DNA of 64,000 bases from Phycisphaerae bacterium (GTDB lineage: Bacteria > Planctomycetota > Phycisphaerae > UBA1845). The notes under the pieces were generated by a model. The model made no database searches. It was not told where the DNA came from and worked only from the letters and a program-made list of their open reading frames with translations. The translations under genes were made by a program, and so were the position numbers. How positions within the stretch are numbered: position 1 is the first letter of the stretch; each line of letters begins with the position of its first letter. Location of the stretch: positions 1,824,001 to 1,888,000 of the forward strand of contig CAXXGO010000001.1 of the NCBI GenBank assembly GCA_963666835.2, written 5' to 3'. This document shows, piece after piece, positions 20,666-29,527 of the stretch.

Positions 20666-22255
20666 ATGAACAAGTCAGAACTTTGGAGCCGTTACGAGAA
20701 GTACCTTTGCACTGCCGATAGCATCGGCCTGCAGCTTGACATCAGTCGTCTGCGGTTTGACGAGCAGTTCCTCGAAGACATGGCTCCGAAAATGGCTGCG
20801 GCTCTGGCGGCTATGGATGAACTCGAGAAGGGGGGGATTGCGAATACGGACGAGAACCGCATGGTCGGCCACTACTGGCTGCGGGCTCCGGAGCGGGCGC
20901 CCGATCCGGCTATCAAGGCTGAGATCACCGAGACGCTAACGCGGATCAAGAGGTTTGCCGGGGACATTCACAGCGGGGCGATTGCGCCAGAGAAGGGCGA
21001 CGGTTTCTACGTTGTGCTCGTGGTGGGAATCGGCGGCTCGGCCTTGGGGCCGCAGTTCGTTGCTGATGCGCTGAGTAACAGCGACGACCCCATGATTATT
21101 CGGTTTATCGATAACACCGACCCAGAAGGGATCGATCGAGTGCTTGGGGAACTCGACGAGGTTCTGAGCCAGACGCTCACGATTATCGTGTCCAAGTCGG
21201 GCGGGACGGTCGAGACCCGCAACGGTATGCTGGAAGTGGAAGCTGCCTATAAGAAAGCGGGCCTGAGCTTCGCGAAACACGCGGTGGCCGTGACCTGTGA
21301 AGGCAGCAGGCTGTACGACAAGGCAGTGGAAGAAGAGTGGCTGCAGATCTTCCCCATGTGGGATTGGGTCGGAGGCCGGACCTCGGAAACGTCCGCGGTG
21401 GGCCTTCTTCCGGCCGCCCTGCAGGGATTCGATGTTGACGCCATGCTGGCCGGGGCTCGGGATTGCGATGCGGTTACGCGCAACCACGACTGGCGGCAGA
21501 ACCCCGCGGCGCTGTTGGCGTTGATGTGGCACTATGCCACACAGGGGCGTGGAACGCGCGCTATGGTGGTTCTGCCGTATCGCGACCGGCTTGCCCTGTT
21601 TAGCCGCTATCTCCAGCAGCTTGTTATGGAGTCGCTCGGCAAGCGGCTCGACCGCGCGGGCAATGTTGTTAACCAGGGACTCACCGTCTATGGAAACAAG
21701 GGCAGCACGGATCAACATGCGTTCGTGCAGCAGCTTCGCGACGGTTTGAACGACTTTTTCGTGAACTTCATTACCGTTCGGCATGATCGTGCGGGAGAGT
21801 CGATGTTCGTGGAAGACAACGTCACTACCGGTGATTTCCTGAACGGGTTCTGGCAGGGGACGCGCACCGCTTTGGCAGAGGACGGTCGGGAATCGGTGAC
21901 GATTACCCTGAACGAGTTCAACGCCCGGTCGGTGGGGGTGCTTATCGCCCTCTTCGAGAGGGCGGTGGGTCTCTATGCCGAGCTGATCAACGTGAACGCC
22001 TATCATCAACCAGGCGTGGAAGCCGGGAAGAAGGCTGCCGAAGCCGTAATCGAGCTGCAACGCAAGGTTCTGGCGGGTTTGCGCAAGAGCCGTGGATCAG
22101 CCCGAACCTCTACCGAGATCGCGTCCGCCGTAGGGGCTATGGAGGATGTGGAAACCGTTCACCACATTCTGGAGCACATCTGCGCCAACGATGCTCACGG
22201 TGTGACCCGGACCGCCGGCGACAAGCCGGGTGCGGCAGTGTATACAACGTTATAG
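20666..22255 (+). CDS. pgi: Glucose-6-phosphate isomerase
   Basis: [42 protein letters not shown] and [10 protein letters not shown] motifs. Confidence 0.96.
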   Translation: MNKSELWSRYEKYLCTADSIGLQLDISRLRFDEQFLEDMAPKMAAALAAMDELEKGGIANTDENRMVGHYWLRAPERAPDPAIKAEITETLTRIKRFAGDIHSGAIAPEKGDGFYVVLVVGIGGSALGPQFVADALSNSDDPMIIRFIDNTDPEGIDRVLGELDEVLSQTLTIIVSKSGGTVETRNGMLEVEAAYKKAGLSFAKHAVAVTCEGSRLYDKAVEEEWLQIFPMWDWVGGRTSETSAVGLLPAALQGFDVDAMLAGARDCDAVTRNHDWRQNPAALLALMWHYATQGRGTRAMVVLPYRDRLALFSRYLQQLVMESLGKRLDRAGNVVNQGLTVYGNKGSTDQHAFVQQLRDGLNDFFVNFITVRHDRAGESMFVEDNVTTGDFLNGFWQGTRTALAEDGRESVTITLNEFNARSVGVLIALFERAVGLYAELINVNAYHQPGVEAGKKAAEAVIELQRKVLAGLRKSRGSARTSTEIASAVGAMEDVETVHHILEHICANDAHGVTRTAGDKPGAAVYTTL

Positions 22256-22334
22256 CGTCTCTGCCCGTCCGGAAGATGGACCGGTTGTGAGTAATAGTAC
22301 TACCACTGTTCTCAGGACAACGGGGTCGCAGACT

Positions 22335-23825
22335 TCAGTCCGGTGACGGGACCGTGGCGTTCTTGCTGGGCATTCGAGTTTTGCGACCGACCGGCGTCTC
22401 ATCCAGAATCGACGAGGCCGCGGCCCGAGCCTTCCCGGCGGTGGGATCGGAAAGCAAGTCCTGGTAGGCAAACTTAATGCACGCGGAGATCTTCCCGCTA
22501 CGTTTGACCAGCTCCGGCAGCGACGCCGAGATGGCCTCTTCGGCTTTGGCGATCGACTCCACCGTTCCGGTCTGGTCCCACCACAGTCGATGACTGCGCC
22601 CCAACAACTGTCCGATTAACCCGGCCATCTCCGCCAGCGATTCGGGAGACCGGACGTCTGTTACAGACAGCTCCTTGCCCCATGGATCTCGGGTTTTCAC
22701 CAGGAAGCCACGGCTTCCGATACGCGTGTATCCGGTGAGCCAGGGGGCGGAAGGGTTGATGCGGCGTGTAGCCTGGGCTACATCGGCCGCGCGCTGGGGA
22801 CCGCGCCGCGCGGTTGCCAGACCCGCTCGTGCGGCGGCGGGCGGCGGTTCCTCCTTGAGCTGGATGATGATCGGATCCGATTCGTGACCGAACGGCGCGT
22901 CGAGAAGCACCAGATACTTGCGAAGACCCTGACTGCCGCTGCTTCCTACGCGGACCCAGTCAGCAACGTCCAGTACGCCTGCACGAAGTTGTTCGATGTT
23001 CGAGAACCGATAGCGACAGCGCGTTTCGAGCGTGGTCCCGTTGGCCATATACCACCAGAGGGCATCCACGACTTGCTCACGCGTAGCGTTGTTGACCGGC
23101 CTGAGGATATCGGAGACTCGGCCGTTCTTCTCGCGGTTCGGCCGAAAGCGAAGCGGCATCCTCTGCACGAACTTGTTGACGTAACTGCGGATCTGGCTCT
23201 GGCGAGCCTTGCGGGTTAAAGAGGCAACGACGGGGTATCGCGAGGCCAACACCTTGTCATCCGGCGGATCGCGCAGTGCTTCCGCGTACCCGGCGACCAA
23301 TCCGCCAACACATAAGGCAAGAGTGTCGTCAGTCAAATCGACTCGCTGCGATTCGGCGGCGAGGCGTAGCGCGACCGCGGCTCGAAGAAGGTCGAATAAG
23401 AACGGTCCACCCACAGCTTCGTCGAGATCGACCAGCCCAAAGCGAATATCCTCTCCGGGGACACCCGGCCCCTGGTAAGTACCGATGTTGCCGAGGTGGA
23501 CGTCGCCGTGAAGGAGTACGGGGGGGCAGGAGCCAGTTAGCCAATCGGCGCAGCATTCGCGCGCCAATAGCCAGAAGAGATCCGCGGTTCCCCGAAAGAA
23601 ACGGTACTCATTTCTCATTAGACTGTTGAGCTTGAGAGGCCAGGCGTCGGGAGAAGATCCTCCGAGGTGCGCGTTTAGCGTGCGGAGTTGCCGAAGTGTT
23701 TCCGATGTCGGTTGGTCGATTGGTGATCCGATCGACGGGCTAACCAGCACCAAGCAGACGAGCAATAGGCTTGTCGCGCAAGTTCTCGGCTGACGTCGGC
23801 GGCCTGAAACAGCTTTGAGCTTCAT
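22335..23825 (-). CDS. DUF2252-family kinase-like protein with a predicted signal peptide
   Basis: YRFFRGTA, HGDVHLGNIG, DLDEA, GSSGSQGLRKY and IQLKE motifs; basic then hydrophobic N-terminus. Confidence 0.8.
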   Translation of the reverse strand: MKLKAVSGRRRQPRTCATSLLLVCLVLVSPSIGSPIDQPTSETLRQLRTLNAHLGGSSPDAWPLKLNSLMRNEYRFFRGTADLFWLLARECCADWLTGSCPPVLLHGDVHLGNIGTYQGPGVPGEDIRFGLVDLDEAVGGPFLFDLLRAAVALRLAAESQRVDLTDDTLALCVGGLVAGYAEALRDPPDDKVLASRYPVVASLTRKARQSQIRSYVNKFVQRMPLRFRPNREKNGRVSDILRPVNNATREQVVDALWWYMANGTTLETRCRYRFSNIEQLRAGVLDVADWVRVGSSGSQGLRKYLVLLDAPFGHESDPIIIQLKEEPPPAAARAGLATARRGPQRAADVAQATRRINPSAPWLTGYTRIGSRGFLVKTRDPWGKELSVTDVRSPESLAEMAGLIGQLLGRSHRLWWDQTGTVESIAKAEEAISASLPELVKRSGKISACIKFAYQDLLSDPTAGKARAAASSILDETPVGRKTRMPSKNATVPSPD

Positions 23826-23930
23826 GAAGAATCCGATCGCCTATCGCGACTCCGGGGCAGTCTCAGCAGGTTTGAGTGTAGCCGAGGCTCGAGATGCCGT
23901 TCAACCTCGCAACTCGTGCCGGGGCGCGAA

Positions 23931-23968
23931 TTAGCGCAAACTTAACAGTCGGTTAATCCCATCTTTGC
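23931..23968. promoter_or_regulatory. Array of four half-sites at 11-bp spacing (TTAGC, TTAAC, TTAAT, TTTGC); Pho-box/OmpR-family-like operator
   Basis: Half-sites start at 23931, 23942, 23953 and 23964, between the divergent DUF2252 and pilin-like genes. Confidence 0.45.
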
Positions 23969-24159
23969 GCGTAGGTCCTATTCTCCCGGCCAAGGTCAGA
24001 ACCGGTGGCGGAGTGGCCAGCGGAGAGGTCATCCGTGCGGGTTCAAGACGCTGCCGAGGGAGCGGAGCAGCGTGTCCCTAATGAAGTTCGTCAATCCATG
24101 CGTCTGTGACAAGACTGCGGCCGGTGCCGACTTCCGCACCGGGCAAAAGGACCAATGCC

Positions 24160-25104
24160 ATGAGTACCATCAGTCCGTCGCACAAACTGAGTGCTTTCAC
24201 GATCATCGAGTTGCTTGTGGTGATGTTCATACTCATGCTGCTCATCGGCCTGCTCATGCCGGGGCTCCAGGGGGCACGGGCACAGGCCAAGGAGATACGT
24301 TGCCAATCCAATCTCAACACTTTCGGCAAGGGATTCCATCTCTATGCGGAGGATAATCGGGATTACCTCTGCAGTGGTTCGTTTGATCCCGAGGTTTCCA
24401 ACGGCCGCGACGGACCGGTTGATGTTGTGGGTTGGGTGGCGGATCTGGTCAACGCGGAGCTTGCCCGGCCGGGCGAGATGCTCTGCCCGACGAACGCAGC
24501 CGTGTACAACCAGAAACTCCGTCCGGGTGGAGCGGGTGACGACAGCTACACGATCGAAGAGACTGAGGACCTTATCGAGCGGGGCTACAACACGAATTAC
24601 ACGCAAGCGTGGTACATGGCCAGGACGGCCTGGGTACCGCGAAGAGCCAGTAACACGGCCAGCGCGTACAACTTCAAACGTGTGGACACCACCGAGGGCC
24701 CTCTGCGCATCACGCAGATACTGGCGGTAAGTCCGGCACGTGTTCCATTGCTGGGCGACGGCCGGACGGACAATGATGAGATGCTGATGGGCGAGCGGTG
24801 CGTTAAGACGATGACTGACGGTCCGTTCGGGGGCCCGTACGGCATCCAGAACTATGCGGATTTCGGTCCCGCGCACGGTGCGGGTTCGCGGATCGGTGGT
24901 GACAAGGGGCACAGCGGACTACGCGCAAACGTCCTCTTCGCAGACGGGCACGTAGGGGTCTTGCAAGACAACGACCGTGACGGCGAGTTCGCGATCGACG
25001 ATACCGTAGACCCGGCAGAGCAGAGGGACCTTGATCCGCGGGAAGTTTTTGACGGGGTGATCGGGATGGGGCGTCGATCCCGCGATCCGTGGAAGATGAA
25101 GTAG
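24160..25104 (+). CDS. Prepilin-type N-terminal cleavage/methylation protein with C-terminal H-X9-DG motif (DUF1559-like)
   Basis: AFTIIELLVVMFILMLLIGLLMPGLQGAR; CQSNL; HSGLRANVLFADGHV; AAAGGA before ATG 24160. Confidence 0.9.
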   Translation: MSTISPSHKLSAFTIIELLVVMFILMLLIGLLMPGLQGARAQAKEIRCQSNLNTFGKGFHLYAEDNRDYLCSGSFDPEVSNGRDGPVDVVGWVADLVNAELARPGEMLCPTNAAVYNQKLRPGGAGDDSYTIEETEDLIERGYNTNYTQAWYMARTAWVPRRASNTASAYNFKRVDTTEGPLRITQILAVSPARVPLLGDGRTDNDEMLMGERCVKTMTDGPFGGPYGIQNYADFGPAHGAGSRIGGDKGHSGLRANVLFADGHVGVLQDNDRDGEFAIDDTVDPAEQRDLDPREVFDGVIGMGRRSRDPWKMK

Positions 25105-25235
25105 CCCGCAGTATTCGTTGAGTCCGGCGCGATGGGTCGTGAATGAGACCAGCAGGCGATCGGATCCGCGTCATCGCAGTTATTGCCGGTCTGCGCGGCT
25201 ATCAAGCAACGAGAATAGGAAGGCGGAGAGAGGGT

Positions 25236-27419
25236 ATGCGAATACGGTTTCTTCTGGCCGGAATAGCCCTACTGTGGGGTTCTCAGGTACATGCCACGGT
25301 CTATATCAACGAGGTCTTCATCAACCCGCCGGGTAGCCTCGATGTGACTCGGGAGTTCATTGAACTTGCCGGGACGCCGGGACGAAAGCTCGACGGGTAC
25401 GCCGTAGCGTTTCTGGCGGGTGCGCAAGAGAAATACTACCCCCTGGACAGCATTCCACCTTACCCCGTCCCATCACCCGAGATCGATGAGTTCTTCAGTT
25501 TGGACGGACTCGCGCTGGGGCGAAACGGACTGCTTGTCCTGACGATCAGCAATAAAGGCAACTACCCCGAGGTTCTTGCGGACTCGGCGTTCCGCGGAAA
25601 CTGGGCCAGCATCTGGAACGGCGGGGCGGATGAACCGGGTAAGCTGCAGAACGACGGCTCCATAACGGTGCTGTTGGTGCGCAATCGTCCGGGACGGACG
25701 GAGCAGAACCCCGCGCATTCCCTGGAGCTCAAATGGGGCAAAAGCATCCTGATGGACGCTCAGCTCGAGCGTCCGGTTCTGGATCCGCAAGATGATGTAC
25801 TGAAGGACCAGTGGGGGGATGGTGATCTCGATGTCGGCGAGGCGAACGGTCTTGGGGGCTATACCCTGGATATGGTGGGAGCGCTGACCGCAGGCGACTT
25901 CACCGACGATCTCGAGGTCGTGGACGAGGTGAGCTACGAGCACGGGCGCGGGTGGGAGTATGACACCGATGACCGTCGCGTAGATGAGGGAAGCCCGCAC
26001 GGAGGTCTGCCCGAGCGACGGGTGCATGCACTTGATGATCCTCAGGGATTCAATCCGGATGCGCTCGCCCGGGTCGACTATCGAACGACCGGTCCGGGAT
26101 GGGCTCCCACGCCGGGTGCGATCGGATCCATGTTCAACGGTAACAACTGGCAGGACACCGCAACCGAGCAGTGGGTTCGCGGGGAGGCAACACTGGTCAT
26201 CGGTAGCCAGGGCCCGGAGTTTTTCTTTGACCACAGCCCTAACAGCAATGAGGACTCGGTCCAACCGTATACCACGAACGTTCCCAGTTGGCTTGATGAC
26301 GGCTATGACGTGGACTATGACTTTTCGGAGCCGGCTACCTATCGCATCACGCCCGGCCGGATGAACCCGCTGTCGATTCCCTATGTGCCCGGCGATGTCG
26401 ATCGGGATGGTGATTGCGACGGCAACGACCTTGCCAAGATGCTGAGCGTCTTCGGGGACGATGATTGGATCTTCAGTAACGCCTTCGACGAGTCCGGCGA
26501 GGGTAACGACGGCGATCCTGGGCAACAGGTACGTCCCTGGGATGTAGACTGCACCGGTTCCGAGGGAATTGAGTGCAGCGACTTGCAGTGGGTTCTCAAC
26601 TTCCAGAATTGCCCGGATGGTCGGATCGAAGGCGTAATGTACGACGACGAGACGCCGGCGGATTCCGGTGTCAGGCTCAACTCTAACGCCTCCGTCGAGT
26701 GCGAGGTGACCGTCACGATCAATGTACTTAGCGGGCGGCCGTTGGATGGACTGGCCGTAGGCGATGTGCTTGAAATCGACGTCGCGGTCGAGGTGGTCGC
26801 AGGATTCGACCAAACGGCCGGCAGTGAGAACGGCGTCATGCAATTCGCGCACGATCTTCAGGCGAGCGTTGCCAATATCGTGCATGTCGAGAGTGTAGAG
26901 CCTCTTGGAGCATTCACGATCGGCCGACCCGCGCTGTTGACGCTGCAAGGGCCGGACGGCAGCTTGGGGATTTCGAACATCCATGGTTATACGACGTCGT
27001 TCACCGAAGGGCTGGCAACGGCGGCGGTTGCGTACCGGGTGCGCATGCAGGCCAACGAGGTCGGGGCGGTCGAGTTGTCCATCGCACCTGCAGCGGCGCA
27101 GAAGTTCGCCGAAAGCACGCCGTATGGCTTGAAGGTCGGGCATACCGACCAACACGGGGATCCGTTCAATGCCCTCTATCCAGACCCGGTTGCGATCGCA
27201 GTCACCGACGTGCCGTTCGTGGTGGGAGATTGTGACGGCAGCGGTGATGTCACGGTTGACGATGCCGCTTGCTTCATTGATTGCCTGGACGAACCGGACG
27301 TGCCTGCCTCGGTGGAATGTGCGCGGGCGGATGTCGATGGTGATGCGGACGTCGATTTAAGCGATTGGGCTGAGTTCGAACTTCTTCTCGATAATAGAAC
27401 ATCTCGGGACCCATCGTAA
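25236..27419 (+). CDS. Secreted protein with an N-terminal lamin-tail-like domain, a possible cohesin-like beta-sandwich and two dockerin-like regions
   Basis: Signal MRIRFLLAGIALLWGSQVHA; VYINEVFINPPG...REFIEL; GDVDRDGDCDGNDL; C-terminal GDCDGSGDVTVDD...ADVDGDADVDLSDWAEF. The cohesin call is tentative. Confidence 0.7.
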   Translation: MRIRFLLAGIALLWGSQVHATVYINEVFINPPGSLDVTREFIELAGTPGRKLDGYAVAFLAGAQEKYYPLDSIPPYPVPSPEIDEFFSLDGLALGRNGLLVLTISNKGNYPEVLADSAFRGNWASIWNGGADEPGKLQNDGSITVLLVRNRPGRTEQNPAHSLELKWGKSILMDAQLERPVLDPQDDVLKDQWGDGDLDVGEANGLGGYTLDMVGALTAGDFTDDLEVVDEVSYEHGRGWEYDTDDRRVDEGSPHGGLPERRVHALDDPQGFNPDALARVDYRTTGPGWAPTPGAIGSMFNGNNWQDTATEQWVRGEATLVIGSQGPEFFFDHSPNSNEDSVQPYTTNVPSWLDDGYDVDYDFSEPATYRITPGRMNPLSIPYVPGDVDRDGDCDGNDLAKMLSVFGDDDWIFSNAFDESGEGNDGDPGQQVRPWDVDCTGSEGIECSDLQWVLNFQNCPDGRIEGVMYDDETPADSGVRLNSNASVECEVTVTINVLSGRPLDGLAVGDVLEIDVAVEVVAGFDQTAGSENGVMQFAHDLQASVANIVHVESVEPLGAFTIGRPALLTLQGPDGSLGISNIHGYTTSFTEGLATAAVAYRVRMQANEVGAVELSIAPAAAQKFAESTPYGLKVGHTDQHGDPFNALYPDPVAIAVTDVPFVVGDCDGSGDVTVDDAACFIDCLDEPDVPASVECARADVDGDADVDLSDWAEFELLLDNRTSRDPS

Positions 27420-27481
27420 CGAATAGAAGTCAGTGGCGAGGACTCATAGTTTTGCGGCGAAAGGCGCAAGGGGGAGATTCA

Positions 27482-29479
27482 ATGGCAGGCAGAGCGACGT
27501 GGATGGGACTAATGCGCGGAGGAGTCGTGTTCTTCGTGAGCAGTTTGGGCTTCATGGCGAGCGGAGCGGCAGGTCAGGTCCGCATTACGGAGTATGAATA
27601 CTCCGGCAACGGTGCCGCGGCGGAATTCGTAGAGTTCACGAATATCGGTACCGCCTCCGTCGACCTGACGGGGTGGAGCTATGATGATAGCAGCCGGGTC
27701 CCGGGGACGACGGATTTGAGTGCTTTCGGTAGCGTGGCGGCCGGCGAGTCGGTAATCCTATGCGAAGCAGAAGCGGCTACATTCATCGCGGCCTGGAGTC
27801 TGTCCGGCGTGCAGGTGATCGGCGGAAACGCTGCTAATTTGGGAAGAAACGACGAGATAAACCTCTTCGATTCTGGCGATGCCCTGGTGGATCGCATTAC
27901 GTATGGGGATCAGGACATACCTGGGACCATTCGCACACAAGGTTCCAGCGGCTGGCCGTGTGCGACGGCGGTGGGAGCTAACGACATCACCAGTTGGGTC
28001 CTGTCCACGTTAAGCGATGAGCAAGGGTCTGTTGTGTCGACGGAAGGGAACGTCGGAAGTCCCGGCGCATTTGTATCGTTTACATGTCCGGACCCGGATA
28101 CGGGCGCATGTTGCGAAGCGGGAGATTGTAACCAGCGGTCGGAAATCGATTGTGCGTCGGTGGGAATCTACCAGGGTGATGGTACCGATTGTGGTTCGGT
28201 CACGTGCCCCGCGCCCAGCGGAGCGGTCGTGCGCATTACCGAATATATGCATGGAGGTAACGGCGGAGAGTATATCGAGTTTACAAACCTCGATACGGTT
28301 GCGGTCGACATGACCGGCTGGAGTTACAGCGACGAAACGCGACACATCGGCCAGGTGGACTTAAGCGCGTTCGGCACGATCGCGGCAGGGGAGTCCGTGA
28401 TTCTTACGGAGACCATTGCCGGAGATTTCGTGGTCGATTGGAGCTTGAGCGGCGTTCAAGTTATCGGTGGGAATACGGTCAACATCGGCGCGGACGACGA
28501 GGTGAACCTGTACGATGCCTCCGGTGCGCTGGTTGATCGATTAACATACGGGACCGGCGACTTTCCCGGTACTATCGACGCCGATGGAGCGGGCGGCTGG
28601 CCGTGCTCCACGGCCGTGGGAGCGAACAACATCTATGATTGGCGTCGTTCCGCCGTGGGCGATGGGCAGGGATCATACTACTCGTTAGTTGGAGATGTAG
28701 GGAACCCGGGCAGCTACGCATCGGTGGTATGCGGGCCGGGATCGTGCTGCATATTAGGTGCGTGTTCGGTTCTGACCAAGGCGGCCTGTGATCTTGCGGG
28801 CGGTCTGTTTCTGGGGGATGACACTGATTGTGCGACCACGCCGTGCCCGACGCCGAGTGATGCGGCCGTGCGAATTACGGAGTACATGTACGATGGCTTG
28901 GGTTCGGAGTTTGCGGAGTTCACGAACTTGGATTCGGGTCCGGTTGACATGACCGGATGGAGCTTCAGTGACGCCGGCCAGCCGGGGGTGTTTGATCTAA
29001 GCGGACTTGGGACGGTCGGTAGCGGTGAATCGGTAATCATGACCGCGGTCGATCCGATTGTCTTTCGCACCGACTGGGGTCTAAGCGCCGGTGTCAAGGT
29101 CGTACGCATCCCGACGAATGAGCTGGGACGCAACGACGTCATCCAACTCTATGACAACTCCGGCAGCATTGTGGATGAACTGCATTACGGGGATGAGGAC
29201 TATCCGGGGTCTATTCGTACGCAGGAATCCAGCGGTTGGCCGTTTGCGTCCGCAGTGGGTCAGGACAACATTTTCGGCTGGCAGCTATCTGTAGTGGGGG
29301 ATGCCCAGGGCTCGCATGCGTCCGGCAGCGGCGACGTGGGCAGTCCGGGGGAATTCGAACTGATCGGAGATTCGCCCGTTCCTGCCGTGTCGGAATGGGG
29401 GCTGATTGTCTTTGGATTACTCCTGATGGTTGTCGGAACGTGTGCGTTTCCGCGAAGGCGGGCGGCGGGCTCGGTATAG
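27482..29479 (+). CDS. Surface protein with three lamin-tail-domain repeats, GACC Cys linkers and an IPTL-CTERM-like sorting signal
   Basis: Three copies of VRITEY..EF.EFTN...VD.TGWS; C-terminal VPAVSEWGLIVFGLLLMVVG..RRR. Confidence 0.85.
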   Translation: MAGRATWMGLMRGGVVFFVSSLGFMASGAAGQVRITEYEYSGNGAAAEFVEFTNIGTASVDLTGWSYDDSSRVPGTTDLSAFGSVAAGESVILCEAEAATFIAAWSLSGVQVIGGNAANLGRNDEINLFDSGDALVDRITYGDQDIPGTIRTQGSSGWPCATAVGANDITSWVLSTLSDEQGSVVSTEGNVGSPGAFVSFTCPDPDTGACCEAGDCNQRSEIDCASVGIYQGDGTDCGSVTCPAPSGAVVRITEYMHGGNGGEYIEFTNLDTVAVDMTGWSYSDETRHIGQVDLSAFGTIAAGESVILTETIAGDFVVDWSLSGVQVIGGNTVNIGADDEVNLYDASGALVDRLTYGTGDFPGTIDADGAGGWPCSTAVGANNIYDWRRSAVGDGQGSYYSLVGDVGNPGSYASVVCGPGSCCILGACSVLTKAACDLAGGLFLGDDTDCATTPCPTPSDAAVRITEYMYDGLGSEFAEFTNLDSGPVDMTGWSFSDAGQPGVFDLSGLGTVGSGESVIMTAVDPIVFRTDWGLSAGVKVVRIPTNELGRNDVIQLYDNSGSIVDELHYGDEDYPGSIRTQESSGWPFASAVGQDNIFGWQLSVVGDAQGSHASGSGDVGSPGEFELIGDSPVPAVSEWGLIVFGLLLMVVGTCAFPRRRAAGSV

Positions 29480-29527
29480 GTGTGTACGTGGTCGGAAGGT
29501 GATGTTGGGTATACCAGGAGAAAGGGA

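Noticed and set aside
24020..24075. Glycine-riboswitch-like GGAGAG...GCCGAGGGAGC
   Set aside because: The conserved downstream CTCAGG element is missing; a simple hairpin (ACGCTGC/GCAGCGT) explains the region, and the downstream genes are unrelated to glycine.
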